NCBI GenBank assembly: GCA_028023455.1 | Contig: JAQFVV010000006.1 | Location: 19,468,001 to 19,532,000 of the forward strand | Length of the DNA stretch: 64,000 nt | Direction: 5' to 3' | Source: Epiperipatus broadwayi | Lineage: Eukaryota; Animalia; Onychophora | The notes under the pieces: generated by a model | What the model was told of the DNA's origin: nothing | Databases searched by the model: none | Seen by the model: the letters and a program-made list of their open reading frames with translations, nothing else | Translations under genes and position numbers: made by a program | Shown here: piece after piece, positions 23,950-38,300 of the stretch | How positions within the stretch are numbered: the first letter of the stretch is position 1 | Layout: each line of letters begins with the position of its first letter

Positions 23950-26900
23950 TAGAAAGGAGTTTGCTATTAACTGAAAGGAGACCCTTTGATTCCTAATGGT
24001 GGCTTTAAAGGAATTGAGTAGGGCAAATTCCTTATGTCCACTCCATACATTTTTGTCATTGCAGCTGTTATTTCTATGTGATTATTCATATAGTATATGA
24101 ACATGGATGGACACGCATTAGCCAGCATGACGAGTTCATTGACTTTTTACATCTGAATTTAAGATTAAGAAACACATGGACTTTCTTCTCAGTTGCCTGA
24201 TAAGGTAGAATAAATGTATTTTTCTATCAGAATAAATGTATTTTTCTAATAGATATATACAATCATGACAGACAAAAATAAATCATGGCCCTTATTCCTA
24301 GGAGGCTGTAAAGTCACCAACCAAGGCAATGGATAATGACCGAAGGTGGATGATGCAAAGAATCCCCTGATTGTGGACCCAGGCTGCCATTTAATGACAA
24401 CTTTTTATTTAGGTACTTACAACTACACATCACTTTCAAGTGATGGAAGATTGCAAGAATTAGAATAATTATCTTATATTAAATGGGACATTCTTGGACT
24501 TTGTGAAGTTAGAAAAAAAGATGAAGAGACAATTGATTTAAAAAGTGGACATGTACTCTACTATAAAGGCACAAATATTGGAAATACAAGTGGAGTAGGA
24601 TTCATTATAAATAAAACATGGAAGAACAACATTGTGGAGACTGATAGTGTATCAGACAGAGTGGCACAATTACTTACACAACTTAAAAGCAGATACCAAA
24701 TGCCGATAATTCAGGTTTATACCCAACAACTTCTCATAGTGATGAAGTAGTAGAAGATTTTTATATGGATGTACAAACAACTTTTGATACGAGTAAACAA
24801 TATTTTAAAATTGGTATAGGAGACTTTAATGCTAGAATTGATAAACAAATGAAAAACAAGAGTACTGTAGGTAATTTTGGTTATGGTAATAGAAATGAGA
24901 AAAGACATAGACTTGTGGAGTTTGCAGAAAAAGAAAAACTTTATGTTATGGATTTTTTTTTTTTTTTTTTTTGAGAAAAATGTTAAAAGGAAATGGTCAT
25001 GGAAGCATCCAAATGAAAGTACAGCAGAATTGGATTATATTTTGACTAACAGAAAATACCTATTTCAAGATTGTAATGTTCTTAAAAAACTTAACACAGG
25101 AAGTGATCATTGATTAGTAAGATGTAAGATATGTGTTAATGCAAAACTAGAGAGAGAAAAATTATTAAGAAAAACAATATTTAGTTAATATTCGTAATCT
25201 GAAACATTCTAATGAATTTAAATTAGAACTTACAAATTGTTTTCAAGTATTAGTGATTTTGAACATGATTCTGATTAGAATGAAATTAATAAGAAAATAA
25301 CTGATCTACTTTTAAAAACTGCAACAAAGATAACTGGCAGAAAGAAGCAGCAATTGACCAATAAAATTTCTACTGAGACTAGAGAATTTATGAAAAAAAG
25401 AAGGAATATGAAAATATACAAAAATGATGCATTAAAAAGGATTCAATACCTCAAATATTGTAAAATGGTGCAGAAAAGAGTTGAAATTGATATAAGAAAG
25501 TATAACTGTGAACTAACAATGAAAGCTGTAAAAGAGAATAAAAATCTCAAGAGTGTAAAACAACATTTTGATATTGGTAGAAAATTTATATCTGCAATAA
25601 AAAAAAAGTTGGAATTATTACTGAGAAAAGAGATGACATCATGAAATGGGTAGAAGACTTCTATCAAAAATTATATAGTAATAAAGAACAAGTACCTCCT
25701 ATATCTATTATATCTTCTGAATTGCCCAGAATTTTAAATGAAGAAGTGAGACATGCAATTAAATTTATGAAAAAAAGAAACTCCAGATAATGATGGGATT
25801 ATAATTGACATATTAAGAGAAGTAGGTGAAGAAATAGAAATTTTTTTAGTAAAATTATATACCAAAAGTCTAAATGATAAAGATGTACCAGATGATTGGA
25901 AGAAAGCAGTATTAATATTAATATTTTAAAAAGATGATAAAGAAGATATTAGAAATTGCAGACCTATCAGCCTTTTATCAGTTTTATATAAAAATTTTAT
26001 AGATAATTACAATTCGTCTACAGAGAACATTGCATTTCTACCAATTAAGAGAACAGCTGGATTTAAAAGTGGTTTTAGTACAGTAGATCATATCCAGGTA
26101 TTGAAAGAAGTTATAGAAAGGGCAAATAAATATGAGTTGCTATTATACTTTGGATTTGTAGATTGTGAAAACACATTTGATTCTATAAACATTTCTTCAG
26201 TGATTAAAGCATTGGATCATCAAGGTATAGATCCAGAATATTATCATATTTTGAAGAATATTTATAAAAATGCAACAGCAACAATTAGATTACATAATGA
26301 TACTAGGAAAGTCAATATTGAGAAAGATGTAAGGCAGGGTGACTCTATATCTCCAAAACGTTTTACAGCAGTGCAGCAAGAAGTATTTTGTGGATTAAAT
26401 GGGAAGCTAAAGAGGTGAAAGTAAATGGAGATTATTTAAGTCATTTAGATTTTGCAGATGATGTAGTTGTTTTTGCAAATAATGCTTTAGAGCTGCAGGA
26501 AATGTTGCAGGAGTTATCAGATGAAAATGTTAAAAAGACTAAAGTAATGTTCAATGGATTTTCTCAAAATATGAAAAAACAAAGATTGATTATGATGAGT
26601 TAGAAGAAGTTAACAGCTACAAATACCTTGGTCAGATTATCAATACAGGTGGAAATATAATGGATGAAATTAATCATAAAATTAAACTTGTTTGGAGTGC
26701 TTTTGGTAGAAATAACTTGATACTAAAAGGAAATATGCATATGTGTTTGAAAAGGAAGGTTTTTAATAAATATGTTTTACCAGTTCTTACTTATGGATCT
26801 GAGACTTGGACACTTAATAGAAGAGCAATATGGAGACTTCACACCACTCAAAGAAATATGGAAAGATGCATGTTAGGAAAACAAGAAGAGATTGAAAATG

Positions 26901-27180
26901 CAATCTATGGGTAAGAGAACAAACAGGTGTTAATGACTTCATTGAAATTGGGCTGGACATATTGCTGGAAAAGATGGCAATAGATGGTTAATTGAAATCT
27001 TAAACTGGATTCTAAGAGATTGTAAAAGACCCAGAAAGAGACTACATCTAAAATGAACGGATGAAATAAGAAAGTGTGTAGGGATGATGTGGAGAAGAGA
27101 AGCTAAAGATCAGAGAAGATGGATTGAACTTGGAGAGACCTTCATCCTGCAGTGGATTGAGTATGGGTGATGATAATGAA
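23950..27180 (+). mobile_element. Full-length, multiply mutated RTE LINE (5' UTR, endonuclease, RT, tail)
   Basis: Endonuclease remnants (IKWDILGLCEVR, ELDYILT..TGSDH); RT fragments 26101..26914 homologous to 16..1600; GAT-rich tail at 27167-27180. Confidence 0.93.
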
Positions 27181-29005
27181 TAGTTATTACTTTTTCATTT
27201 AACAATGAAATTTTAGATATATATTTGGCTGATGTTTTGTTTTATGTTAATACAAAAGCAGTGAGATAAATTTTTTGAGAAGGAATGGAAGAAAAAAAAT
27301 CGATGCTACTTCTGGCAATTTTTTTAATTTTCTACCATTTATTTTAACCCTCTTGCATTCTTCTTCAAATAAAACGACAAACTGAGATAACTAGGCTCAA
27401 TAAAAGATTTAATAATTAATAGAAAATAGAATGAATGAAAGGAAAATAATAAAAGAAAGCAAAACATTGTTTAAAAGATAAAACACAAAAATATAAAAAA
27501 ACATAGTAATAAAAAAAAATATTATAACCTCTCAGGAAGTGTCCTTAATGAAAATATAATAATTAATAAAAGTTAAGGCAAGAGAGTTCTGATCAATGTT
27601 GTAATGTTATAAAAACAAGCTAATATTCTCTTCAATTAATAATAATAATAATAATAAATCATAGTTGTTAATCACATGAAATGTCATGTGACATTTGAGC
27701 ATCCAAGTGTGCAGTTAAACATAATAGCTGTATTTAATTGACCAAATGGATTTTCTCATAAATATCCACTCCAGAATTATAGCTCCCATTGTACCATCCT
27801 AGACTGAGTATAGAGTCCACTGGATATGCAATAATATCAATCTATTATACCCATCTCAAAATTATTTGTTGAATTTCAGTTCCATAAAGACACTTATTAC
27901 AAATTAAGATGGAGCACAGGCTAAAGATGTCAATATATATTTTATGCCAAATCAATTAAATTTTTTGTGCCCAATGTATCTTCAATAGTTTTGAAATTTA
28001 ATTATAAAATAAACACCAACAATTAATTTTAAGAATCCCAAGATGTAATAGTAGAAAAGATGCTTATTATATCTCTAAACTAGATTTGAATGCAGGCTGA
28101 GTAAAACTTTTTTAAATTTCAATTCTGTCCATAAGTTATTAAGTGAAAAATTCAGTATTAGCCACGGGCATCTAGCTAATTTTAGCAAGAAAGTAAAACA
28201 GGAATCAAAAAAAAAGCTCAAAAGCTTCTATTACCAAACCTCATAATAACTCTTTTTTTTCATTTTTCTCTTATGGAGAAAGAGAACTGTTGAAGAAGCT
28301 TTAACTTTGCAGAATACGTTTCCATTCAATTTTCATGATTTGGATAATTAATTCAGTAAAGATTACATTAAATGCAGAATCCTATTTTGTAAATTTTACT
28401 CATCATCATTAGCAAAAAGAATAGAATTAAAAGTTAAAGATGAATTTCATCATCTGTGTATCAGAAATATGTCCACATATATCACATGTCGGTCCTATAG
28501 TCTGTTTATTTGATATCTTCAACAGTACTTTTAACTTCAGCAACCAATCATACTTTTGAAAAACCTCAATACTTTGCATAATTGTAGACCATAATCTTCT
28601 TATAGAATTAATAGCATTATATTATTTTTCAAGTCCATATATATCTTCTTTGCAGTTTTAAACCACGAGTCATTTTAAGCCTTCTTATCAGCTATTGAAC
28701 TATTGCCTATAAATCTTATATTGCTTATGAATATCCCATACTGTCCTATATGGTTTAATGCAATGGTAGAATAGTGGTCTCTCAAGTTGAAGGTTCATAA
28801 ATTCAAGATTCCAATTCTGTGCTTGAATTTCTTGTGAACTTCTAAGCAATATATATCATTATTTTTATTTTGTTTTATATTAATATCCACATCAATTCTT
28901 CCAAGTAGAAAATGCTATTGCTTGCTTTTAATCAAATCACCAATAATAAGGATCATTATTATAGAAACAGCATTTTTCTTTTTTAATAAATCGCAAGAGA
29001 CTTAC

Positions 29006-29056
29006 TTGCATCAGCACACTCTTTAAAAATATTCTGTCCTTCAATAATGTAACAAT
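29006..29056 (-). CDS. Candidate 51-nt host-gene exon (xCYIIEGQNIFKECADAx)
   Basis: Long T-tract plus CAAG acceptor, GTAAGT donor, open phase 1-1 frame; no family recognised. Confidence 0.5.
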
Positions 29057-31729
29057 CTTGAAAAAAAAAAAAAAAGTTTAGTATTTAATGACTGTTGAAA
29101 TTAAGTGTAAGTACAATTTAATTTTAAAAAATGAACAGCAAATTTCTTAATAAATATATTTGAAATAGGAGTAATTTTTAATGCAATTATCATTTTAACC
29201 AAAAATACATTAGGCTATGATTTGTTCAACACTCTGTATCTGTAAGTGCTTATGCAATAATAACTGTTAACTCCTAATATCTAACATACTATTGTTGTGA
29301 GAATCCCTTTATAGTGATTTTTCTGCCTAAATAAAGGATTCAAAACATTCACTCCATTTGTAATAACAACTCATCATTGATTTCACAAAGGATTTCAATG
29401 ACTTTGGATCAAAATTTATTACCCCACCCTAAATATGAATATTAAAGTCTCTGAAAAAGTTTTTTTTTTATCTTTTAATTGTTTCATGTAATAATATTAT
29501 CCAACAACATATAAAAGCTTTCTGTTTCTCAACTCTCTGAATCCAATATTGGAACCTAAATATGATAAAATGGGCATATATATTATTGCAGAAATTATTT
29601 TAGAGCACACAGCAAATCCAATACCAAGTATCTTCATTCAATATCTATTCTTCTGGGGGGGAAAAGATCTTGCAATTTCAAGTAAACCTTTATCCTTTAG
29701 GAGATGGGGTTAAATAAAAGTGTATCAAATCTTGATACTTCTTTGTTCTAAAAACTTTTGAGAAAAACTCTTCTTCGAGATTACCTTCAATCTCCGTGTG
29801 ACAAAAACAATATCTCTCATCTCATTTCACATATGAACAAGATCTATATTTCTAGATATAAAAAGAATTCTTGGATTCAAAATTCCAGGACACTGATACT
29901 TTGAAGTATGGAGCAGATAATGCATGCTATTTAAGATAGTCTGGATTAGTTTAGCTGTATTAATTGTTTTTTATCAATCATGTTTCCAAGAATGGACAGA
30001 GTAATGTGAGATGAATTGTCACAGCTTTTGCGTTTGTTAAGTTTTCTATCCAAATAATAGTCTGGCAGTAGACTATTAAAAGAAAGCTGTAATATAAAAT
30101 ACATTAGTGAAATTTTATCACAAGTAATTTTAGAATTACATCATTAATTACAATGACTTCCATCATCAACAAAACATAGAATATATACTCCTAGTAAATT
30201 TTAAAAGGCTTTTATATGCTTGATTTTCATTTGTAACTAATATTTATCTTATGACTCAATTATCTTTCTACAGCTACTGTAATTATGAAATTGTGTATTC
30301 CTGCAATATATATTTCCACCATCAAATAATAAAATAGCAATTCTGACAACATTTTTACCCCCCCCCCTTTGGTTGCTATTTCTATTTCTTGTATTTCTAT
30401 CTTTATTTATTCTTCTTGTGTAGTTTGAATGACCATACTGCTTTATGAATGATTACTACTAATGATTAATATTTAAAATTATATTATTCTTATAGTTAAT
30501 ATATATATGAGAATAATCTTTAAATTCAAGAAAAGGTTTAAACTTATGGTTTTTACACTTCAGAATGATTATAATTAAATAGTCAAAATGTTGGACTAAT
30601 TTATTTTTAAATAAACATACCCTTTTTCTTTCCAAATCTTGTTTTACTACACAAACCAAAATTATTTTCTGCATCTGTATATATTTATCATTATACAGCT
30701 CTACCTATGTTTTGATAATTTTGATAATTTTAAAAAAAATTATCAAAAAAAGCTCTACCTATGTTTCCATGTAAAAATTACTATCTAAAATGATCATGGG
30801 ATATGTCAAAGTGTAGAAGGAACTATATAATGATACATATACTTTATGCAGAAAAGGTTTTGATTCATACAATAAAATGAATATATGGAGAATTATTTAT
30901 ACACCGGATATAAAAGATATGTTTTGAAAAAAAAAAAAAGGAAAATATTGCTTACTTTTATTTTAAAACTCGTTTAGAAATAAATCAAGATTTTACAAAA
31001 ATTTGATTTAATTATTTATTTATATTGGTTCAAATTAACAAATGAATATTTGAAGCTTACAGTTAATGTATATATATAACCACATACTTATAATATTTAG
31101 AACTTTTCACATTGTAAAAATATATATATTTTTATTAGATTTCAGAATTACATTATGTTTTGTATTTTGAATTTCATTCAAATATTGTTTATAAAATTAT
31201 TCATTTACTATATTACTTGTAAATGTCTTTTCTTTTAAATAAAAAGACTATAATTATATATAAATAATCAAATCCAATAAGAAATATGTTTTAATGTACA
31301 TTATGAGATGAAAATTCTTATAAGTAATTTTTAAAAGTTTTAATGGGGGGAAAAGTACTATTTTTCTTTACATTAAAACTTGGTTTTAAAAATGTCTCAT
31401 TCAATCAGTCAAAACTGGATTGTAATTTTATATTTAAATATATATGCACACTTTTTAAGTTAACGAGAAATGACAATGTGATATAAACTTTAAATATATA
31501 TACATTATCCAAATGGATATTGCACTTAGGACAACTTTCATCACTCATTTAATAACCACTTTAACTCATGCTCATCACAATTATTAATGGAATAAATAAT
31601 ATATATTCAAAAATATAATTGCTACTTATTTATTAATATATATATATATATATGCGCGTCGATATGGATATATACATATTCCAAAACAAATCCATAAGAA
31701 TAAATATCATATTCATTTCTTTCTTCGTC

Positions 31730-32900
31730 ATTAGTTAGACCCAATTATTTTCTCAAAGCATTACTATCACCTGCCCTGAGTAAAAAGCATACAGACAACT
31801 CTTCCTTCAAAATCATTCATTAACTTTATTATTCTTTATCTTTTCCTCTTCTTCTCCATAAAAGTTCTCCAATTCTAAATAAGTCTCAATCCAGTTCTTC
31901 TCTCTCCCCTCCCCCCTTAGTGACTCTTTTCAATATCTACTTTTAAATCTACTTCAAATGAATTTTCTAATTCTTCTCCAAACTCAAAAGTCGCCCATCT
32001 TTTCTTCTGCATTTCCCTTAAATATTTAAGACTCTAATCCATAAAAAGCAATTCTCCAAATACCCTGTATGGTTTGGATCAATAATATAGTGAGAGATTC
32101 TGGAACTCAAGGTCCATGAACAACTGACAGGTCTATTACTTTTGATGACCAAACTTCTTAGGAATTACTAAACAATAAACCATTTGATTATTTGAATTCT
32201 CCGAATTAAATATTTTATAAACTTCTTTCTCAATTCTAACTTCAAAAACCTATACAATAATATTTATAGACCTCTTTAACCAATGCAATTAGCAGTTTAA
32301 TTTCTTTATCATAATTTATCTATTATCCAGGTAATAAGTTTTAGAAATTCCTATTTAATTACTATACTTAAACATTTTTTTTCTTTACCACTTACTTTAT
32401 TTCAGTTGCACTTCATCGCATTTCAAATTTGTTACAAATTCCATCTATCTTACTTATTTCAATCGTCTATAAATATATATCATTATCTTATCTGATACAA
32501 TAATCTTTACCTTCTAATGTTATCTCTATTCTTACAAAGATAATTTATTTAGGAGTTCATTTAAATAAATAATCTAAATAGAAAAACAAAAGTAAACCAG
32601 TCTTAAATTATTCCCTATATCCATTTCTCCTGAAAAAAGATCATTTGATCTTGTAAATTTCTGTTTCATTCATATACAATTTTTTTAAATCATCTCCATT
32701 TTCAATTAATATCTTTTTTCTTCAGAATATTCTAAAAATAATCCACTTTCCCATTTCAAACATCACCTTCAAAATCAACATGGTAAATAGTAACTTCTAT
32801 TCCACTTCCTGCACATTTTGTCAAAAATTCTAATCACTACTTCAATAGCATCTCTTCCTATTTAAATCTTCATTGTTCTTCAAATATAAATATCTAATCT
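31730..32900 (-). mobile_element. Highly decayed LINE remnant (RT to C-terminus)
   Basis: Purine-rich minus strand with fragmentary LINE-like peptides; composition resembles 10930-11330. Confidence 0.45.
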
Positions 32901-33839
32901 GTTAGAGATAAATAGAGATTATTTAACTCATTCACTATCAACTCCTCTCTCTCTCTCTTATTTGCAACATTTGATTTTTATAATTAAACCTTTACTCTAC
33001 ACCATACATTTATAATCTTTATATTATTTGTTACAAATATAAGTTTATAAATGAAAGATATTCTAAAAGTTAATATTTAAACTTTGCAAAATAGAAAAAT
33101 TAAGTACTAAAATGAAACAATAAGGTTTACAATAGCTCTTTCCCCACTGGCTTCAAACCTTGTCTATTCATAAAAAATTATTGAATGAAATATTTTTTAT
33201 TTGAATTCCATTTTTAAAATAGAAACAAATTTTAGTTGAGACACTATAAAAGATATGAAAATATGTTTTAAAAATAAAAAATTACACATACTTTTATTAA
33301 AATTTCACAAAAACTTTCTTGACCAACATTTATAAAAGCATTTCTTGTTAATCAGTAATATTTTTACAATTTGTTTTCTTAAAAACAAATATTTTCAAAT
33401 AAAATCTAACTGTATTCAAACATCTTTTTGGTTTAAAATAAATATTTTACAAATATAGTGCATAAATAAGTTTAAATATGTGAGTAAATTATTAAAAATA
33501 ACAATTTTTATTTACAAAATACTAAAATAAAATACATATTAGGAATTGCCTTGAGGTCACAGATATTGTTGAATTTTTTTGTACTATAATTAATCAGATA
33601 TTGTTGGACTTTATTTTACATATAAAAACTGCACATGTCTGCATGATATTGAAATTTTCCTATTTTTTTCTAAGTAATAATTTTAAATAACAATTTCTAT
33701 GCAAAAAAAATGTGTATTAGCAAACTAACCCAACAGATAATGCAAAATAGTAAACAGAAGCCTAAGTGATAGCGATGCCATCATAATACCCAAAAATCTC
33801 AATATAAGCGATTTTGTAGCATCTGTTAGGGAATGTATT

Positions 33840-34600
33840 AAGTCATCAAGATTTCATAGATGATGGTATTTTTTTCTTCAAATAATTCTTCAGAGCTTCA
33901 GGGAATGTTGCAATTATCAGATAAAAGTAAGAAAGTATATCAAATAATAAAGATTAGAGTACTGTTCAATAGATCCTCAGAAAAAAAATAAAGATTGACA
34001 ATCATGAATAAGAAGAAATTAATAACTACAAATATCTTGGCAAGATTTTTATTAAAGACAAAAATATAATGGATTAAATTAATCATAAAATCAAACTCAG
34101 ATGGAGCGTTTTTGGTAAAAATAACTTTATAATAAAAGAAATATGCCTTTGTGTTTGAAAAAGAAAGTTTTTAATAGATGTATTTTACCAGTTCTTACTT
34201 ATAGATCTGAGACCTGACATTTAATAGAAGAGCAATAAGAGACTTCAAATCACTGAACAAAATATGGAGAGATTAGGAATAACAGGTAGAAGAGATTGAA
34301 AATGAAATGTGATTGAGAGTCAAATAGTTATTACTAACATCATTGAAAGGATTAACAGACTGAACTGGAACTGGAATGGACATATTGCCAGAAGAAATGA
34401 TAATAAATGAACAGTTAAAATCCTAAACTGGATGCTAAGAAATTATGAAAGATCTAGAAAGAGGCCACATGTGATATGAATGAACAAAGTAAGGAAGTTT
34501 GCTTGTATGCTGTGGTTAAGAAAAGCTAGGGATACTGTGTTAATCTTGTAGAGACATTCATCTTGCAGTGGATTGGTAATAGTTGAAAATAATAATGAAA
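33840..34600 (+). mobile_element. Decayed 5'-truncated RTE LINE
   Basis: SELQGMLQ, NYKYLGK and WNWNGHIARR remnants; 3' end gagacattcatcttgcagtggattgg matches the family. Confidence 0.85.
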
Positions 34601-35319
34601 TGTATGATATTCTGGATTACAAAAAGTTAGATATCTATTCCACATATCTATTTTTGTATATATTTTTACAGCAATGGGTTACATAAATATTGTAAACATT
34701 ATATAGAAAACAATTTAATTCAATTGTGAAAAGAATGTTGATAAAAAGAAATCAAATGGCTTTTTGCACAAGTGTTCATAAAAAATTTCAGCACTAGAAA
34801 AGACAGAAATAGACTGCAATACAGACACAAGTACCAGAGTCCACAATGCACTATATCATTCAAGGAAAAAAATATTTAAATACACACACGAAATAATAAC
34901 ATACTTTTTACATAAATCAGGAGATCTGGATTTTTAATAAGTGGTTATCAAGCAATTAAATATTTTTAATATGACTTTGTAAGTCTGAGTCTTCATCCGC
35001 ATCATCAACCAATGACAGTCCCCTGCGAAATAAGTCTCCAATGCTTTTTCAAAAATTCTACCATGATTTTTCCTCTTGCATAAGGTTCAAAGAACTTTTT
35101 GATTATTTCACTCAATCTCAAATTTTGATTTTTACAAGAACAATTTTAGTTTCATATTGTCCAGTCAAATATTGCAATAGACCCCTTGTGTGGTAATATA
35201 ATGGATGAGAACTAGGAATTCTTGACTAGATTCCTTGCTAATTAATATATATATATATCTAAAATAATTTAATATCTCATCACTTGGAAGATGTGACATT
35301 TGAGCACTAGAAGAGGTAG

Positions 35320-35385
35320 ATTGAACTTTGGCCTGGGAATCTTTAATTCTCAAATCCATCACTCTACTATTCAACTGACTAAAAT
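35320..35385 (-). other. tRNA-derived SINE-like head (remnant)
   Basis: Minus strand aatagtagagtgatggatttgagaattaaagattcccaggccaaagttcaatc resembles a decayed tRNA-like A/B-box head. Confidence 0.3.
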
Positions 35386-38300
35386 TGTGTTCTCAAATGT
35401 TGCCCTTTCAAGCAACAGAGCACACAATTACTTATGTATAGATCACAGTCCACTAATTATTGTTTATTCTGGATAAGTCTACATTTAATCTCAATTAAGT
35501 TCTATAATCATTACAATTTGGATTTAAATGCATTCATTTCATTTCTTTCTTTGTTATTCCCATTATATTTATTCATTTCCATAGCTCTTTTGCCATTTAT
35601 AAATGTATGTCATTAATTCAAAGTCAGGTTCATCTACATTATTAAAAATAGATGAAGATGTTGATTAAAAACTTCTTTTCATGCATAAAGAAGTTCTTTT
35701 AAATATATAATTATTTACAAATAATAAAAGATATTGAAGTTTGGTTTGATTTGTAACAAATTATAGCTAAACTGCTAATCAATATTTTTTTTAATGTTTC
35801 CATTTTGTTACAAGTCAGTATCAGGAATGAATAGTCATGTGATAATGACAGCAATATTCATTTGTATATAAGACATAAACAATAATCTCAGTGCAATGAG
35901 TTTAGAAATAATAATGATATTATGTCGAAACACATAACAATTGATAATTTAACAATTCTAAAAATACCGAATCAAGGCTGTGTGGAAAAAACTGAACTAC
36001 TGATTAGCATCACACAAAATGCACACAATGAACGGTAAAATTATAAAATTTTACTTTCTACTGCTACAAAAATACATATTTTTAACTATTCAATAATAAA
36101 AATGTTTATTCTTTATAAATAAAAAGATAATTAGGGACTAACTGCTGTTGAATTACATTTTTTCTGCCAAAAGTGAAGAGTGAGTAATATATGAGTTCCT
36201 CCACCAGCACATCAGTAATCATCGCACAGCCAAGATTAACAAAAAATCTTTACATTTTAGGATGAAATCATTTAATGACTAATTTTGAAATGTTAGTTCA
36301 GTTAACTATTGGCAAAATAAATTCTAGACCTATTTTGTGATCTGAAAATAATTTCAAACTTTGCCAGGCTACATTTGGACCCAAAGACAGAGAAAAAAGA
36401 CATATTCTCACTTTATCTTTATGAATAACCCAGTAGAATATGAAGCCTGCCAAATATTTTAATTCTAATTATTTCTTCTCCTTTTGTTTACATTAGTTGA
36501 TACTAGATGGCTTAAGTATTTTTCTTTCCACGCAATGTAAATTAGTTAAATAGTTCAATTTTATTAAAATTTATTTTCAAGTCTGTATTCAAATAGGATA
36601 AATTTAATTCATATAGTTTGAATTTATAAAATATAACATTCTCTTAAAAACAAAAATTATCTAAGTTAATTTGATATCTTGAGATTTGATTTATCTCTTA
36701 GAGAAATTGAATCTTCTTGGGGTAAATCTCTTTTAGTATTGAATTTTCCAATAATTATTTATCATTTATATACAAATTTTACAAAAAAAAAACATTAACA
36801 AGTCTATAATTTTTTTATTCTTTCTCTTTTTTTTCTAATATATTGTGCCCATTCCAAGTTAGCCTGTGGATAAATTATAGTAATGTGCATAAAATAAAAT
36901 TTTAAAAAAAAATCACATTTTTGTAGAGGAAGTGAAGCTGTAGGACACCCAAGTTTAAACCCTACATATCATGTCCCAAAAGCCTAGGACAGAGGGGGAA
37001 ATATTAATGCCATGTTTGTTTTGTATTGATAAATAAAAAAACCAAAATAGGATATACCTTGAATTATTTAATAGTTGTTTTTAAAAGTTAGGATTAGAAC
37101 ACATGTAAACATTTGTCTGTGGACAGAAACTAGTCAGTTAATCATTTTCTGATTTTGGTTATTAACTTTCTTCAAAACTGATCTATACTTACTAAATTCT
37201 GCTATTCGTTCTATAACAATAATTTAAGTCTAGTGATTTTAATAATTTAGTTTTGAATATTACATTTATAGTTTGCAAAAATCATTCAGATTATTTCTGA
37301 TAGGCAGGTTTTTCTGAATGTCTGAGTGTGTGCTTGTATTTTACATCAATAAACTCAGTTACACATATATTAAAAGAAAAAATTATTTTGAAATCATTTT
37401 AAGATTTCAAAAGCTCTATTGTTATAAAGACTTTATTGTTTGTAATGTGTTAGTTAAACTAACAAGGTTAGAATTTCAGTTGTCCAGCTGACATTTTTTC
37501 TTCAGAGCTAATTCAAAAGGAGGGATAAATTTTATGAGGCTAGATTTGAGAAAAATGTGTGAGGCCATTAAGGTAATGGATTCCTTCCAGACCAGTTCAT
37601 CGGTTAATTATCCAAGAAATCCTATTAGTCTGGGTTGCTTGTTAACAGTAAATTTAAAACAGAAGATAAGTTTTAAATTATATGGTTTAACTAATAAGAA
37701 TCAGGTGTTTCTATCTGGGTGGTCTGTAAAAAACTCAATGGTATAAAAAGCTGGCAATCACTTAGAAAAAAAATTAAAACTGTGAAGAGAATAAGAAATC
37801 GACTGAATTGCTATCATTTTTATATATATTTTGTTTGGAAAGTTTCATATAGCCTAATGGCAGGCTAAGCAGATATGTTTCATTTGTGATGGGGCAGCCA
37901 TCTGGTAGCCAATGCATATTTGAAAAGTCTGAGTCAAAAGTATTACATATCTTGTGACAGTGTGAAAAATAAGAGAAGTTGACTGCTCACCTGTAATTTA
38001 AATTGAAAATGAAAATAAGTAAACTACTGAAAAATGTGAAAACATGCTAGTTCAGTTATGCCAGTGACTAAGTTTAAATCCCAGCAAAAATGATAAAAAT
38101 ATAAAACAAATATCCTTAACCTATTACAATAAGTATGCTGAAAAGAAATGAATTAGCAATTCTAGTGCCAAATGGAAATGAATTAACAATTCTAGTGCCA
38201 AATGGCTCCTATGGAACCAAGTAAATTCATTATCATCATCATAGTAAAAGAATTGCAAGCTAAAGCCAAGAAAGAATAGGACTATTCCAGTAAACCACTG

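Noticed and set aside
36130-36450. Locally GC-richer stretches with short open frames on both strands
   Set aside because: No consistent splice-site pair or recognisable peptide.
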